The notes under the pieces were generated by a model. That model had not been told where the DNA came from. It was given only the letters and a program-made list of their open reading frames with translations, and ran no database searches. Below are positions 14,601 to 28,805 of a DNA stretch of 64,000 bases, piece after piece. A program made the translations under genes and the position numbers. The stretch lies in NCBI RefSeq assembly GCF_000150275.1, contig NW_002060949.1, positions 4,098,449 to 4,162,448 of the forward strand, written 5' to 3'. This DNA is from Trichoplax adhaerens (Eukaryota; Animalia; Placozoa). Numbering within the stretch: the stretch's first letter is position 1; every line of letters starts with the position of its first letter.

Positions 14601-17600
14601 TAATTTCTTGAATATTGTATAATACAAAATGATATTTACCAGCGTTTGTATGATCAAAACTTAGTTAAAGATTAAAAGTAGTAACTCCTTCAGATTCAAA
14701 TTTGTCATACTTCAATATCGCAGAATAGAGTATGTTACTGATGCATGCGTTTAGATATACTATACCATTAGCAACTCTGCCTTGCATCAGGCAGTATGCT
14801 GTTATAGGAGCCAATAAGTTGATTATAGAATTAATTTTTATTAAAATTCATTTTATAATTTTTTAACGACTCAGACCTTGTGACAGGAAGCACTAGAATA
14901 TTACTTTAAGATACTGTACGTCCACATTAGAAAGTACTGCTTTACTAAATACCCTTTACAGTACAGTAACAGTTTGAAGTATCTATCAATCTATTTCTTA
15001 CACTTTAGAAATATTAGAGGTATTTACAGATTATAGGATGAAACAATGGAGCCAATTGACATTTAAATACTTATTCCCTGTAGGATTACTGCATCTAGAA
15101 ATAAAATTTCATCTTATACTCGTATTACTAATATCAGAATGCCAGATAAAATCAGTCTACAATATTACAGAAGGTATGACATCCAAAACTACAACAACCA
15201 AGTAAAATTTATTGTTTGATCACCTGCTTCAATATGTAAACATAGATATTATTATATTTACTATTCTACTGTAAATTAAACTAATAAGAGCAGAACGATC
15301 ATGGACTAGTCGATAGTAAAGCACTTTAAGCAGGAACTAAATACACCGGTATTAACGTGACTGTATCACAGAATGTGTCTTCGAAAATAATAGTAAATTA
15401 AAAAAAGACCAATAAACAGGTTTTCAGTTTTATTTGGAATGGTCATTGACTGACTGGGAGCATCTATTTACGAAGAAAGACAGGTCAGTAACATCCGTGA
15501 TATAAATAAATCTTATGCCAATATGATTTCTGTGTACTTGTAAGGAGAATGAAGAAATCTCATTAGTTCTTAAAGTATCATACACATGAAATATTTATTG
15601 TTCTCATATTACTTAAAAATACTTGACATTACTAATAATTATTAGCTATCGCTCTTTATAACTTAAAACTTGATAATCAGACATAGTATCTGTTTATAAA
15701 ACAGATTTGCAACATTAATAAACAATAGCTGAGACTATATTATCATCGGTTAATGGCACTCTGTGCTTTTTCTTTGCCATAGCAAATTCAATAAAATTCT
15801 CTGCTACCTTGCTATCGCGAGTACTCTTTTACAATATCTAGTTGAGACTATTTAAAACTTTGAGCCTCATTCAAAGGTTCATCTACGAAAGTAAGAAAAG
15901 CTCAGATCAATACACGTATGTTATTTAATAAATTTTTCTTAGCAGAAATGCTAATATTTCTTTTTGTTACTGAAATTTTATAACATTCTCATAAGACACG
16001 TAAGTAGAACTTCACTATATTTAAAGGAATATTCTGCACTAATTTTAGAATTTCTCACTTAAATTTTAGTTTTCCAATATGTCGTTTTACTAGAAGGACG
16101 ATTATTTATGTTATCAAGATTTCCCAAAAGAAAAAATCTACTCCAGTAGAAGAAATTTTCATTTAAATTTTAGACTGCCAATTGTTAGCGGTACGATAGC
16201 GTCTGTTTTTTGGTATGCTCTCAGTCAACTGAAGCGAGATCGTCAGCTAAGCTTCCACGTGAATATCTATCTTTATTCTGATTTCTCACTACCTTATATA
16301 CTGTACAATACAGTACCTTTACTGATCTAGTACGGAACAGAACTAGTGCCGTTAAGCTCTGATAAGGTTGCAATACAACCGATATGAATACAATACAAGA
16401 AATCCTATAATTAGATACAGAGACGCTAGTAAATCCGTAACACCAATATATCGCTTTTTACCAGAAAGAACGATTATTTATACGTTGTAAGTGTCTCACT
16501 CCCCATGGAATCTAAGGAAAGTTCATATTTTATTTGTTTGCTTTAAAATCTGTTAGTACGCTGCAATATATAGGAGTTGGATTTAAAAAAATCGTATTAT
16601 TCATATTTCTTCGAAAAGTTTATGAATTTTCTAGCATTTACGAAATTAAATAAAATATCTAGAAATTTATTGAAAGAATAATGACCTTAAATCCGAATAT
16701 TCTTACGGATATGATCAAGAAATTTCATGATACCGGACCGAAAAGTTAATAAAAGTTCAGAAACAAATTTAAAACACAATACGTATAGTAAAACGACTTT
16801 ATTTGATACAGTTTGAATCGGCAGTAATAAACATTCGGAAAATGCAATAAATATAAAGAAACCGTTATTAGTTTATTATTACCTTAATTCTAAAAATTCA
16901 AAATCCTAACTATTTGGATATTCTTAATAAACCACTGTTAAATTTCTATAATTACTAATTCTTATAATAGGCAATAGGTGATGTAAGTACCCTGATTGTG
17001 ATAGGTTAATTGATAAATATATAATTATAGGTGAAATCAGCGTTTTACTGAGGATCTAGCAGACTATGATAAATGAGGGCTTAGCGCTAACTTTTGTGAT
17101 TTTGATATCGCTAATAAGAGCAAATGATCCGCAAATGTAAGTTAAATTCAGTGACAGACCTGACAGCTGGATGAATATATGAGTACTAGCGTAGGTGACT
17201 AACAAGTTTGGGTAGAAAATACGGATACGAATAAATCGAATTTAACATTTTTGAAGAATATTTACCTAGATTTAACTGGGAACAACTCTAGCTACATTAC
17301 TGTTGCTTCTGAATCAATCTTGTGATATTCATTTATTAAAGAAATTGGTATATCAGTAGATCCCGAATTTTTTTTATCAACAAAGGCCGATTAATTTTTT
17401 ACTCTCACTATATCGTTCTTGATGAAAGATTTATTTATTCCATTTATGGACAGTTACAACATACTATTTGATATCACACCTGTATTCTTAGAATATTATT
17501 AATTTATAACATATACTATACAAAAGTATACGTATTTATATATGTTACAAATAATATAAAGACGTTGACCAAAGAAATGGAGCTATTCTTCTGTAGTATA

Positions 17601-19097
17601 CTGATTTACATGCTATTAAATCGGATTCTAACTATTTATAAACAGGTTCAAGATATCCTGGTTACTATTAATCTACGCTAACGCTACTAAATTTGTAATA
17701 AGAACCAATATTAGATAGAAATATTACAATTCTATTTGTATATGATCTTGCTTGTGAATAATTATTTGTTTGTTTAAAGAAGTTCATTGTATTCTAATTA
17801 CTGTCAGAGTGGATGCAACTATCTTTCAAGAATAACGTTTCCATTAATACTATAATAGATGCTTTGTAAAATATTAAGCTGCAAACATTCGTATTATTAA
17901 AAATTGATAATGCCTTACGTAAACAAAGATCACTAATATCCATCATACAGTACTCTATATATGATACCATAATCACGACGAGATCAATAACATAGGAACA
18001 AAATGTTGGAAATTTTGTCTAATAATGTTCGCAATACGTTATCAATTTCAATTGTACTTGAATAAATGCATTTCCAGGTACATAAGCGCGTAGGAAATTC
18101 CTCTAGATGCTCATTAAAATATCCGTGATTCGAAATTAACTCTTGATTACTCTTGATGCAGTATTGTTTTTAACTTATTGAGATTCAAGATTAAATCTTC
18201 ATACCTGACTATTCTCGATTTAGCAATGAAATTTAATTTCTTCGATCAATTTCAAAAATTAGTAACAAAACAACTTACTAAAATTATATATATATATTAT
18301 ATATATATATTATTTCGTTTATTACAGTTAACATCTCCGGTAGACCTCTACATGATATATTTCTCTTATTAAATCTATCGGAAATCTTAACAATACTGTA
18401 CAGAAAGTCGATATGATTTAGATTTTATAAGATTTCTATCCTTCTATATCTTCCACGATTAATATTATTAGCAAATATAATTAGTTAATAAATATTGCAT
18501 TTAAATGTCAAGATTGTATGTAAACTAATCATTGATAATTTCAGCCTTCAAAATTATGCAATAATATCATAAATAGAACAATTGCTATTTATTGCGTTAG
18601 CTCAATGGTACTGAAAGGATTATCTATCTTATTCATAAAGTATAGTTAATGTTTACAAAGTCTTAAATAAATGCTAATGGCTCTTTAACCAATGTCGATT
18701 AGCCAATTCAGTAATCAATTAATAATCCGGACATTTTACATTTTTAATCAAATAGCATAAAAATAAATAATTATTGGACACTTGATATGAATGACTGATA
18801 ATTAATGCTACTACTACATGCTATTAATTTATACTTTTATTTATTATTAGTAAATTTATTCTAGCATACTGATAGTAAGCTAGTAAGCTGATCATCTGCT
18901 AATAATAGTAAATTATTTCAGAAGTGCTCGTTGTTGGTGCAGTAATTATATTTAGTAAAGTAGCAAACATAGACCATCTACGGAAGATGATTTTCCATGA
19001 CATAACTAATTTATGTTGTCATACCAAAATTGTCTATTATTGATTTATTTTATTCACTAATTTTTTATCGCCATGCATTTGACAAAGATTGCAGAGT

Positions 19098-19930
19098 GAG
19101 TTTCATCGATCTTTAAGCTAATACAGTTATACTGAAGCTTGAGTTCAATTGCCATTTGACGTAGTAAACTATCAGCAAGGAAGAATTACTCTAGCTATGT
19201 GCTGTAAACAGTACTGTAGCTTGCCTAACTGTAAACTACTGATTGCTTAAGAGGCAATCTATTCAATCTGTTATTGGAATACCCTACAACATTTACAAAA
19301 ATTTGGCTATTAATACCTGAAGTTATTGAGATTTACTCAGCTTTAGTTTTTGCAGATTTTATTGACCGGTTCCTAATTCTACTGCGACATTCGGTTGTTA
19401 TTACACGCTATTAGAATTGCAAAGCGATATCATAATTATGTATCTACATATGGGTACTGTAATTCTGAGATGTTTGTATCCTCGTTCAGTATAACAATAA
19501 ATACACTGCACATGGCATCCAACGTCATTTACGGTATATCTAACTGATAACGAAAATATTGTACACTCAAGCACTTATTCTTCAGCTGGCTTCAAACCTG
19601 AGTAAGCAAGGATATGCTAAAACCAAGACTTGGAAAGTAAAATGTTCCATACATCACTATCGCTATTTGCTACTGTATAAATCTGTAACAAGCTATAGTG
19701 TATGAGTTCTTAACCCTATGAAGGAATAGAGTTCTGCACTGTATTCTACCACCATATTCAGTATCACCTTTACCATTGTAGTGAGCTGAAAGGATTATAC
19801 TGTACACAAGCCAACATTGCATCGCAATAAAATGACATTAGCCAATCAAAAATGATTCACTTCATTATGTGACAGTGTGTACAATGCATTACAAACCGAG
19901 ATACAGTGAAGAAAACCTTTAATTAATACG
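19098..19930 (+). pseudogene. Probable decayed class A (rhodopsin-like) GPCR gene
   Basis: Motifs appear in the expected order, interrupted by stops and frameshifts: ANTVIL (TM1 Asn, ~19118); NSTVACLTV-[4-nt insertion]-TDCLRG (TM2 N..L..D spacing); IDRFL at 19361-19375; IYIWVL with W 28 codons after the R of DRF (19451); VPYITIAICY (TM5 P-x7-Y, 19644-19673); ITFTIVVS*KDY (TM6, TGA at the W position); SLCDSVYN...RKPL (TM7/helix 8-like). Read by eye, no profile search. Confidence 0.5.
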
Positions 19931-20255
19931 CATACATGTAATTATTGCAAGTGCAAGCCATGCAGAGAATGAGTATCTACAGTAGTACACAGTACATAGG
20001 GGGTTTAAACATTGGATAATTTGATCTGTAGACCGGCTGGCTATCAATCAAAATGCAGCAACGCAGTTTTAATTTTGCTGCAAGCTGTTGTCTAGTGTAT
20101 CATTTCCAGCTCAATCATGGTAACTTACGACAAGGACTACTAAGAATAAAATGGAGAATATTTTTATTCGGTATTGATCCTTGATCCTAACTACGTTTAT
20201 GCATAGTTAATGACCAGGACCAGGCTCAGCGTGAATCAGTCTGCTGTCAAGAACA

Positions 20256-20265
20256 ATGACGTCAT
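20256..20265. promoter_or_regulatory. Perfect CRE palindrome ATGACGTCAT ~1.2 kb upstream of SID-1 copy A
   Basis: Exact match to the CREB/ATF consensus TGACGTCA; function not shown. Confidence 0.3.
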
Positions 20266-20549
20266 AACTCTTCAACGTGGAAATTATGATGGAACAGCTC
20301 CATCGAAAAAGAAGACAGAAAATGGACTCCAATACATCCAAAGCAATTTGCTTCTGTTCATTATCTTCTAAAAGAGTAAAAAAAAATAATGAGCCCACTG
20401 ATTGTCCTAATGCCAATTATAGAAAAGTCACTCAAAGCTGCATGCAAGCATGTCGATTTTTCTACCATCATGATCTCTGTCTAACCAGTACTGTTAAACA
20501 CTGTTTAATAAACAGGAGACGGACGGACAGCGAGCTATGGGTAGTTTGG

Positions 20550-20688
20550 GTACAGTACTGTACAGTGTACAGTGTACAGTACCTTAGGTAAGTTACAGTA
20601 CTGTACATCGTACAGTACTCTACGAGTGAAACGAAACTAATTTATTCGCCAACTCTTGAACACAGTACAGTACTGTACTGTACTGTAG
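20550..20688. repeat. Cluster of TACAGTACTGTA palindromes upstream of SID-1 copy A
   Basis: TACAGTACTGTA at 20551, 20595 and 20666; perfect 20-bp palindrome ACAGTACAGTACTGTACTGT at 20662-20681; strong donor-like AG|GTAAGT at 20587/20588. Confidence 0.75.
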
Positions 20689-21489
20689 TTCCAATCTGCG
20701 TTGTTCGGGTGGCCATCTTCTTTTAGTAGTCCCTGCCAGTGCAGTGTTGCTATTGCTTGCAAAACACTCCATCGTAACGCCATTTCTATCATTAGATTAT
20801 CTTAGTAAGGCTTATACCTACCCTATCTATCGATTAAGCTTTACAGCTATTTCTTTCCTGGTTGAAATTCTCTAAGGTAAATTTCCCTTGGATTATAGAA
20901 GGAGAACGTACCGCATGTTCGTACAACGAAAGTGAACAACTTCAACCGGTAGGGCCTTCTACTAGTCCAAGCCAATTTAGAATGCTAAAGAACGATTATC
21001 ATACTGCACTAATATTATATATAAAGTAACGGAAATTCTTGTTGTTAACACTATTCACAGTACTATAAGTTTATCTAATGTCAGTGATTCTGATCTACTT
21101 TAGAAGAGAAGTAGAGTCGATACTGTACTGTTATTAAGATCGTCTAGAAGTTAGTGAGATCTAATACCAGAGTTGTTTATGACGTTCGACTGTATAATCC
21201 TTTACTACGCGTTCGCTAGAAGATAACTTGCACATCACAGACTTATTAGGTGATATTGCTATGAATCATCTTATCATCGATTTGCTCTCATCTGTTGTAT
21301 ATTAATAACAACCACGGACTCAATTATGTTCTCATACAATAGCAATTAATTAATCAATATTATTTTTATCGATGATAGTAAGTACAGTACATTCAATGTA
21401 CGCGTATATGTACGTGTACTGTACGAGTACTTGTGTTGATATCGTTGCTGATTTTGAAAGCTGTAGACTAAAATTCTAACCTATGACGA

Positions 21490-24400
21490 ATGTTTTACCT
21501 GGGTACTAGCTCAACAAGTATGCACGATAAATTGCTGCTAGTATTGATCAGCTCTTTACTAGTGTTGTCTGACTGCCATGGAGACCATCTACCAAGCGGT
21601 GTATCAGGGAACTTTAATACCTTCCGTGGAAAAATCTCAAGGAAATCATCAGCAAAACATACATTTACTGCAAATATTACTTCCCTTGCGAATGAAGTAA
21701 GTTAAAATGGTTAAAACCTTCAACTAGTGCAACTTGAGAAGCTACGTATACGATAGTACTGTACTACTGTACCTAGATGCTTTTCTTTTAAAATTACTGA
21801 ATAAAAAACGCGTACGCTCGTACATACCTATAAATGATGTACAGTAATGTAACTTGAAATCTTTAAAGCTTGTAGATAATGTAAATATTACAATATGAAA
21901 GGACATTGTTACTTCGGTACAGGACTTAACACATATTAAATCATTATGCTGATTAGACAACAAGTATTCGCATCAATACTGTTTCACTGGATGCTGATAA
22001 AAGACGTCCAATCGAAGTAGTAATTCGACAGAATGATCATGTGTTGTCTTGGCCTTTACCAACTATTATTGAAGGGTAAGTAATACGAAGAACAATCTCA
22101 TCGAATTAGCTGAAAGAAATGTGTTACAATGACCTACGATGTCGGTATTATCTACTGTATCATTTCAATTATATTTATTGCTGCTTATTTAGCTTATAAA
22201 ATTTAAACTACTATATTTTTTTAGTCGACCTACATACTCCGTAAGCAGAACACTCTGTCCCTTTGGCCAAGGAAATGTGATCGAGATTTCAATTGAATTG
22301 TCGACTTACGCAGTTAACGTATCTCATTACACTCTATCCATAGGAATCGTAAAAAACTTTTACATTAGGTAACGGCTTTCCTCTCGGCATACGTGTTATT
22401 GTGTCAATGTACAAAATTATAATGCCTTTTTACTTGTACTTCACATGGTGCAAGTATTAATATATCGACATTACAATCTAATATGCATTGTACAATAATA
22501 TTATTCTTTTATTATTACCCCTTATAGCTCTGCACTGCAAAATTTTACCGGTTCTTTATCATCACCTGCGGTTAGAAAAAAATTGTAGTAGCTACTTGAT
22601 AAACGTACATGTGCATCATTTATAAACAATCGTTAGAAATCCTATTGCTTAAAATAGGTATTCGCATACAATTTCCCCTGGAATGTCGAAAAAGTTTCCG
22701 TAGTTGTCGACTCTAAGTCATCGGCATGCGCAATTGTCTCTATACAAAAAGCGCAGGTAGTTGAAATTGCTGAGTTAAGATTTTAATGCTATAAAATTAT
22801 CTTACTATGATCTATCGTATCCACAATTACCTTAATTAACATCTAAGTAAGGTAGTACTGAAACTTGAAAACTATCAAACTATTAATAGCATAATTACAT
22901 GCATCTCTAGTGCCCATATTTCGATCAAATTACCAACATCCGGTATGCAGGAACATATCAAACTATGCTAACTTCAAGTACTGTCTCAGTAGAGGTGAGC
23001 TTGGTTAATCATAATTCATAGCTTTGATTTTTCAATAGCATTATAAACTAGCGTACGCATAATTAAATTTCAAGAATCAATAGCGGCATTTTTTACCCAT
23101 TTTTTCCGGTTTGCACAGAGAAGTTCTATCGGTCATGAATTTATAATAATCATAGCTGTTTATCCAACTTCCAAAGAGTGTGAATTAAGTAAAACTTCCC
23201 CACTCGACCTTGGAGCTCACTTTAAACCATGTAAACTTTAGTATTACGACAGTTTAAAATCCAATTTGTTTTTCCATAAAATAATTTCAGCATTTTATAA
23301 ATACTGTCATTTTATTTATAATTTCAAAGTCCTTCCTGCTGATATCGTCAAGAATTTTACAATACATGTGAAGCCGACATTGGCGTGTTAGTAGATTATT
23401 TATAACAATATGTGTATATAATTTTACAAATACTTTGCAATTACAATTATTGATATTAAACAGTACTCTATCGAATTTTTAATACGCTATTTCTATACAG
23501 ATAAAAGCTATGCAATTCCGATCGTGGTCGTAAGCTGCATGTACCTTGGTGTATACGTCTTATCATTCCTTTTAGTATGCTATTGGAGATCACTTTATAA
23601 TTTGGCTATTAAAGAAATCAATGGCGATGTGCCGAGTCAAAATGTTTATATAAGTAAGTCCTCCTTATAAACAAAGCTCTTCGATATCTTCTACCCGAGG
23701 TCATTTCATTTTGTTATGTAACTGTATACTCGTGGAAGTATGTAAATGTCATATACGAAAGACAGTGTGATACACTTAAGGTTAAACAGATTTACTTTGT
23801 CTGTCTTTCAAAATATTATTAGATAGCGGTCCAAGTGTCTCTTATGGCACGATTCCTAACCATTTTACGGACGTTAGGGATGAAAATACCAGCATTACTC
23901 ATTCTAGCCCCCTCGAAGAGCAGAGTTTAACTAATACTGAAGACGATCCTGATAGAGGCATATATGATGACCTCAACCAGCATGGAAATGTACGACTAAA
24001 ATCCAAAGAAATATAGCTATATACATATAATATAAGATAAAATGCATTTAACAATGAACTTTAACTACTTCTAGTCAGTCCGATATGTTTCTAATCTATC
24101 TCAAGATAACAACAAGCTTAACGTTCCTAGATTGTATATTTGGTGAGGCTAATTATAATCATTTTTATCTATTCAAATGAATATGTTACGACCATACCTA
24201 AAGGCTGAAAACTTTCCTTGGAATGGTTGTAACAGATAATCTAATGTACTTACGAACTATTGTGTAATTTCTACTTCTAAAGGTACTTAATCGTAGTCGG
24301 CATATTTTATGCGATACCAGTTTTTCAACTTGTAATAACGTATCAAAAGGTAAGTTCATCGTAATATTGATATTTCCTCACATGTCTTTATCTCCGCTAA

Positions 24401-26751
24401 TCAATTATCAGCTATTACATTTCCTAACTGTATATTCATCGTTAATAGTATGTCTAACTTTATTATTTAATGTTCTGATGAACAAGATTGTGAGACGAAC
24501 GGGAAATGATGGAATATGCTATTATAACTTCAAATGCAGTCACCCTCTTTATATCTTCTCGTAAGAATTATAGTGATTAATGTCAAACTAATCACTCAGA
24601 CGGCTTTGAATTCGTTATACTGGGATATACTGTTTTTTTATTGTATTTTGTCATTACATTGTAGGGCGTTTAACAACTTCATTAGCAATATCGGCTATGT
24701 CATGCTAGGATTTTTATTTATAGTTGTAGTCCAGATGAAGTAAGTACCGGTAATTAATATTACGATGCAATTGTACCACAATGGTTTTAATAATACACCA
24801 GGAGCAACTCGTTTAGTAGCTGATCAACTTATTCATTTCCTTAGAAAGGGCATATATTACAAAGCTGTACAACGATGTAGCCAGCTGAGAAACGTAAGGA
24901 TTAAATATAAAAGTTGTATTTAGACATTCTGGTCTTTCTTACAATTATGTACCATGACGTTATCGGTAGAATTACGGAGTTCCCCAACGGTACGGGATTT
25001 ATGCTGCAATAGGTATGCCTCAACCGTAAAATACATTATCTTAATTAATTTTTATATCAGCAGATCAGTAGCACTACATTGCAACCTCTGATGATGCTTT
25101 GCAACATATCTTGCTGTAATTGAAACTCTACAACAGGTATAGCTTTGATTATGGAGGGCATTCTGAGTGCTTGTTACCATATCTGTCCAAACAGATCCAA
25201 TTTTCAATTCGGTACGTCCAATGTATGATTAATAATGATATATACAGTCCTGTAATCATTTATCTATGAAAAATATATTTCTTGGTATAATGGATAATAA
25301 AATTTTTTAACCATTGCTTCTCAGATACCTCGTATATGTATGTCATTGCAATTCTTTCCATGGTCCAAATTTATAATATTCGTCATCCTGACTTAATTGC
25401 TAGCGCACACCTAGTTTTCCTGTCGTTCGCCCTAGTTATCTTTATGGCCGTTTTTGGTGTAGTAAGTCCTTGTGCATAATAAATGTTCTTCTGATTTCCA
25501 ATTGAATCAAATATATCATTTGCATTCATAAATAGTTATTTAAATCCGTTGCTATATGGATCATATTTGACCTGATCTATTTTGCTGTGGTTACAATCTT
25601 ATCCTTGCAAATATATTATGACGGAAAATGGAGTTTTAGTGAGTATAGCGGCACGTAACATATAAAAAAGCAATCTTACTTAATGACACCTAAATATTAA
25701 TGTAATGATGTCTTAAGGTTTAAGAGCACTGAGAAGAATTTGTAGTAGGAGAGATTGCATAGCATCACTTTATTCCAAGGTGATTTTCGATATGATTTTG
25801 TAATAATTCATATACACAGATGTAGATAAATGCGAGTATAGCGATGTCTAAACTTAATCTCTAATCGATAGGATCTGTTTTTCTTTATTGGGATCGTTTA
25901 CTGTCTAAATTTGGCAGCGTAAGGAGTAAATTTTACGTTGAAATATATGCGGATTAATCAATCAGAATATTTGTGTACCTAATATATCTCAAATTTTGTT
26001 ATAGAGGTCTATATGGTGTAATAAAAGAGCCGGATGACTTTGGCACTTTTTTCCTCGCCATTTTTATAAGTAATTTAGCTGCCTATTTGCTTTATTATAC
26101 TATAAAAAAGGTACGTATTTTGTGATTCTATGCTATTACGGCTTTGATATTTATTCTATTTTTTCTGCTTGTAATTAACTGCATTTTGTCAGCTGCGGCA
26201 AGTTAGATACAATGAGAGGAATGAGAAAATTCTTTGGATGCCATTAATTTTAATGCTTATAACTGGCGCTTTGTGGGTTTCAGCAATATATTTCTTTTTC
26301 CATCCAGTATCTTGTTGGCAGGTAATATGTTATCATTATATGATATTTTTTAAATGTGTATTTCAGCTCGTTTGCAAGAGAATTTTTGAAAATGCTAATA
26401 CGAAATGATATTTTGGACAATTTTCTAGTGCTCTCCAGCTAATTCACGTGAATACAACAAGCCATGTATATTTTTAAATTTTTTTGATGAACATGACGTC
26501 TGGCACCTTTTATCAGCAGGAGCTCTTTATACCTCTCTACTGGTATTGATATACCATAGCGAGCTATTTCTATCTTTCTGAAATAGAGACATTATACAAA
26601 ATTGATTTTCTTTGCAGTATTGTGAAGCTTGGATTTGGGTTTAATTATATTAATAATGCATTTTTATCTCTGTCTTTACAACTGTTAGCTCCTACTGACG
26701 TTGGATGATGACCTAATTAGCGTTCCAAGGGATAAAATAAGAGTTTTTTAA
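21490..26751 (+). CDS. sid-1: SID-1/SIDT family transmembrane protein, copy A (25 exons, ~798 aa; alternative ATG at 21520)
   Basis: Manually spliced GT-AG exons: 21490-21696, 21957-22075, 22225-22368, 22528-22570, 22658-22756, 22911-22994, 23119-23230, 23330-23386, 23501-23653, 23823-23989, 24075-24142, 24283-24349, 24487-24560, 24665-24739, 24845-24893, 24970-25012, 25137-25211, 25325-25461, 25536-25638, 25718-25779, 25872-25918, 26005-26110, 26193-26321, 26429-26542, 26689-26751 (2397 nt, open). Signal peptide; motifs [101 protein letters not shown]...KIRVF*. Confidence 0.96.
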
Positions 26752-28719
26752 TTGTAAGTCTAATTTTTGATTTAATGGAAAAATTATTACCTAAGAACTG
26801 CCCTACATTATTAAATTACCATTATCAATTATATTCTGTATCGACATCATCATATACTGTAGAAATACCAGCGAAACTTAATTTGAAACATGCAGCAAAA
26901 TGAATTTTTAGAAGAGTTTAATACTTGATTGCTGATCTATGATATGATTTACATTGCAAGGTATTTGAACTGGGATTTGTTACTTTGCATTACACTGCAA
27001 CTCCTAGTATTTGTTACGGTATTACTTTCCATATCATTAATTTATTTTTGAAATTAGGAAATGATCTAGAACTTATTCTCAGATAGACTTGACTTATATT
27101 CTGTATCTTCGGTAGCCATTTAGTCCAAGCTATTTTTCTTAGCAAAATGCGTATTTAGCAATTACAAAGAAAGATCCGTTTGTATGATTCGGTAATAATG
27201 TATGAAAATTAGGTTTACATAAGCGATACTCGCTCTACAATAAACTGTAAAATTGAGAAAATTACAAATTTTAACCAATATTAATAAAACAAGTGAATTT
27301 AGTGATCGTAGTAATCGATCTCTTGAGTTACTGATTACAAAAGGCGAAAGATGATTGTTAAATAAATACCTAGTATTGTGGAATAGTGACATTAGCGCTA
27401 GCATGATAGGCATATGCACGAAATAAGTAAATGTCTCATTAACGGCGGATTTTAAACGGGTGATTACATTTAATTACCATTTCGTAAGGTAAGCAACAAA
27501 TCGTTTTAAATCTTGCTGGGGTCATCTCATTTGTATTAAAATAAACTTTTTGCTTTGTTAAATGATAAATGGTAAAAAATGTACATTACTTCATCCACAA
27601 ACTGCTGAAATGATACTTAGATTCAATCTACAACTTCTGATAACCTGTATATACGAGTATATGCTGATAGTGTTGTACTTGAATATGTGGATAGTAGAAA
27701 TGTAGGTAAATACATATCGTACGATCAAGTCTTGGTCTTAATAATGTTTATTTATTTTTACTGCCTGCTAAGATTAGTCTTCCATGGTATAAGTGAAGAT
27801 GCTTCGTCGTTCGTCTTGGTGCTTATAATTAAGTACCGTACTTGCATGTTAGCAATTCTTTGTCTTACATCTCTATTTCGATAGAACGAGAAAGTGGCTA
27901 TATATTAATTTGCATACAAGCGATATAATAGGACATGATTTTTTATGTTGTACATGGCTTGAAATGGGCAATCTAATGCAGTAAAGTAATCAAAGAAAAA
28001 ATTTATAATAACTGTAAGGTACTGCCATATCTCGTATCATTATTATGGCTCTAGGCTTCCAGCGATCCAATCGAGTACAGTAGTAGAGAGTAGAGTAGAT
28101 CGTATAGAGTATTGTGAGTCTACATTTCCAATACTTGGTAGAGCAAATTAAATTAAAAGTAAATTATAGACTCTTCGCCACATATGGATGGGGGGATTGG
28201 GGAAGAGACAATAACCCTGTACTGATAAAATTGAAGTAGTTGCTACATAATCCGTTGAGTTATGGACAAACCTCCAGAAGTCGGATAATGTCCCAAATGG
28301 ATATACAGTATTCTATAGCACGCAATACCAGACGGATTATAGCTAGCACGGTATCTATATGTTATACACTATTTATAGCATGGGCGACCGGGATTTATAG
28401 GTATAAAGTATACGAATTAATAAAGTACTGTAGCACTATCGATGATAGCGACGCTACTGATATTTTAACCTTAACGAAACGACTATCCTTATTTATATCA
28501 CCATATGCAGTGAAAAATGGTACTCTAAATCCTACCCTTTCCATCCTTAAGCTCTGCGTTGAAGTTATTCAAAGCGTGTGTAGTGTAGGCCGAATCCGCA
28601 TCTATTGTCTTATTTTCAGCCATTCTTGCAATGGGACAATGGCATACTGTACGACGTAGTGTAATCGTCTTTGATAAGAGTGTCTACTGTTATAATGAGT
28701 GTCGCTGACGTTGATATCA

Positions 28720-28805
28720 TTGATATGCTGTACTGTGTACACTACAGTACTTGCTAGTACTTATGCTTGTACTGTAGTCACTACAGTACTGTACACTGTA
28801 CCAGT
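28720..28805. repeat. Second TACAGTA/TACTGTA-rich cluster, upstream of SID-1 copy B
   Basis: TACAGTAC at 28743, TACTGTA at 28770, TACAGTACTGTA at 28782-28793; same words as the 20550-20688 cluster. Confidence 0.6.

Noticed and set aside
16074-16490. ~45-bp dispersed duplication (16074 and 16443) as transposon ends
   Set aside because: Direct, short and degenerate, with no target-site duplication or internal coding remnant.
20207-20591. Overlapping 104-aa (+) and 69-aa (-) ORFs
   Set aside because: No family motifs and the end is the TACAGT repeat; more likely promoter or 5'UTR sequence.
26193-26210. Alternative acceptor at 26206 for exon 23 of copy A
   Set aside because: It gives ATA CAA TGA (stop); the acceptor at 26192 keeps the frame.
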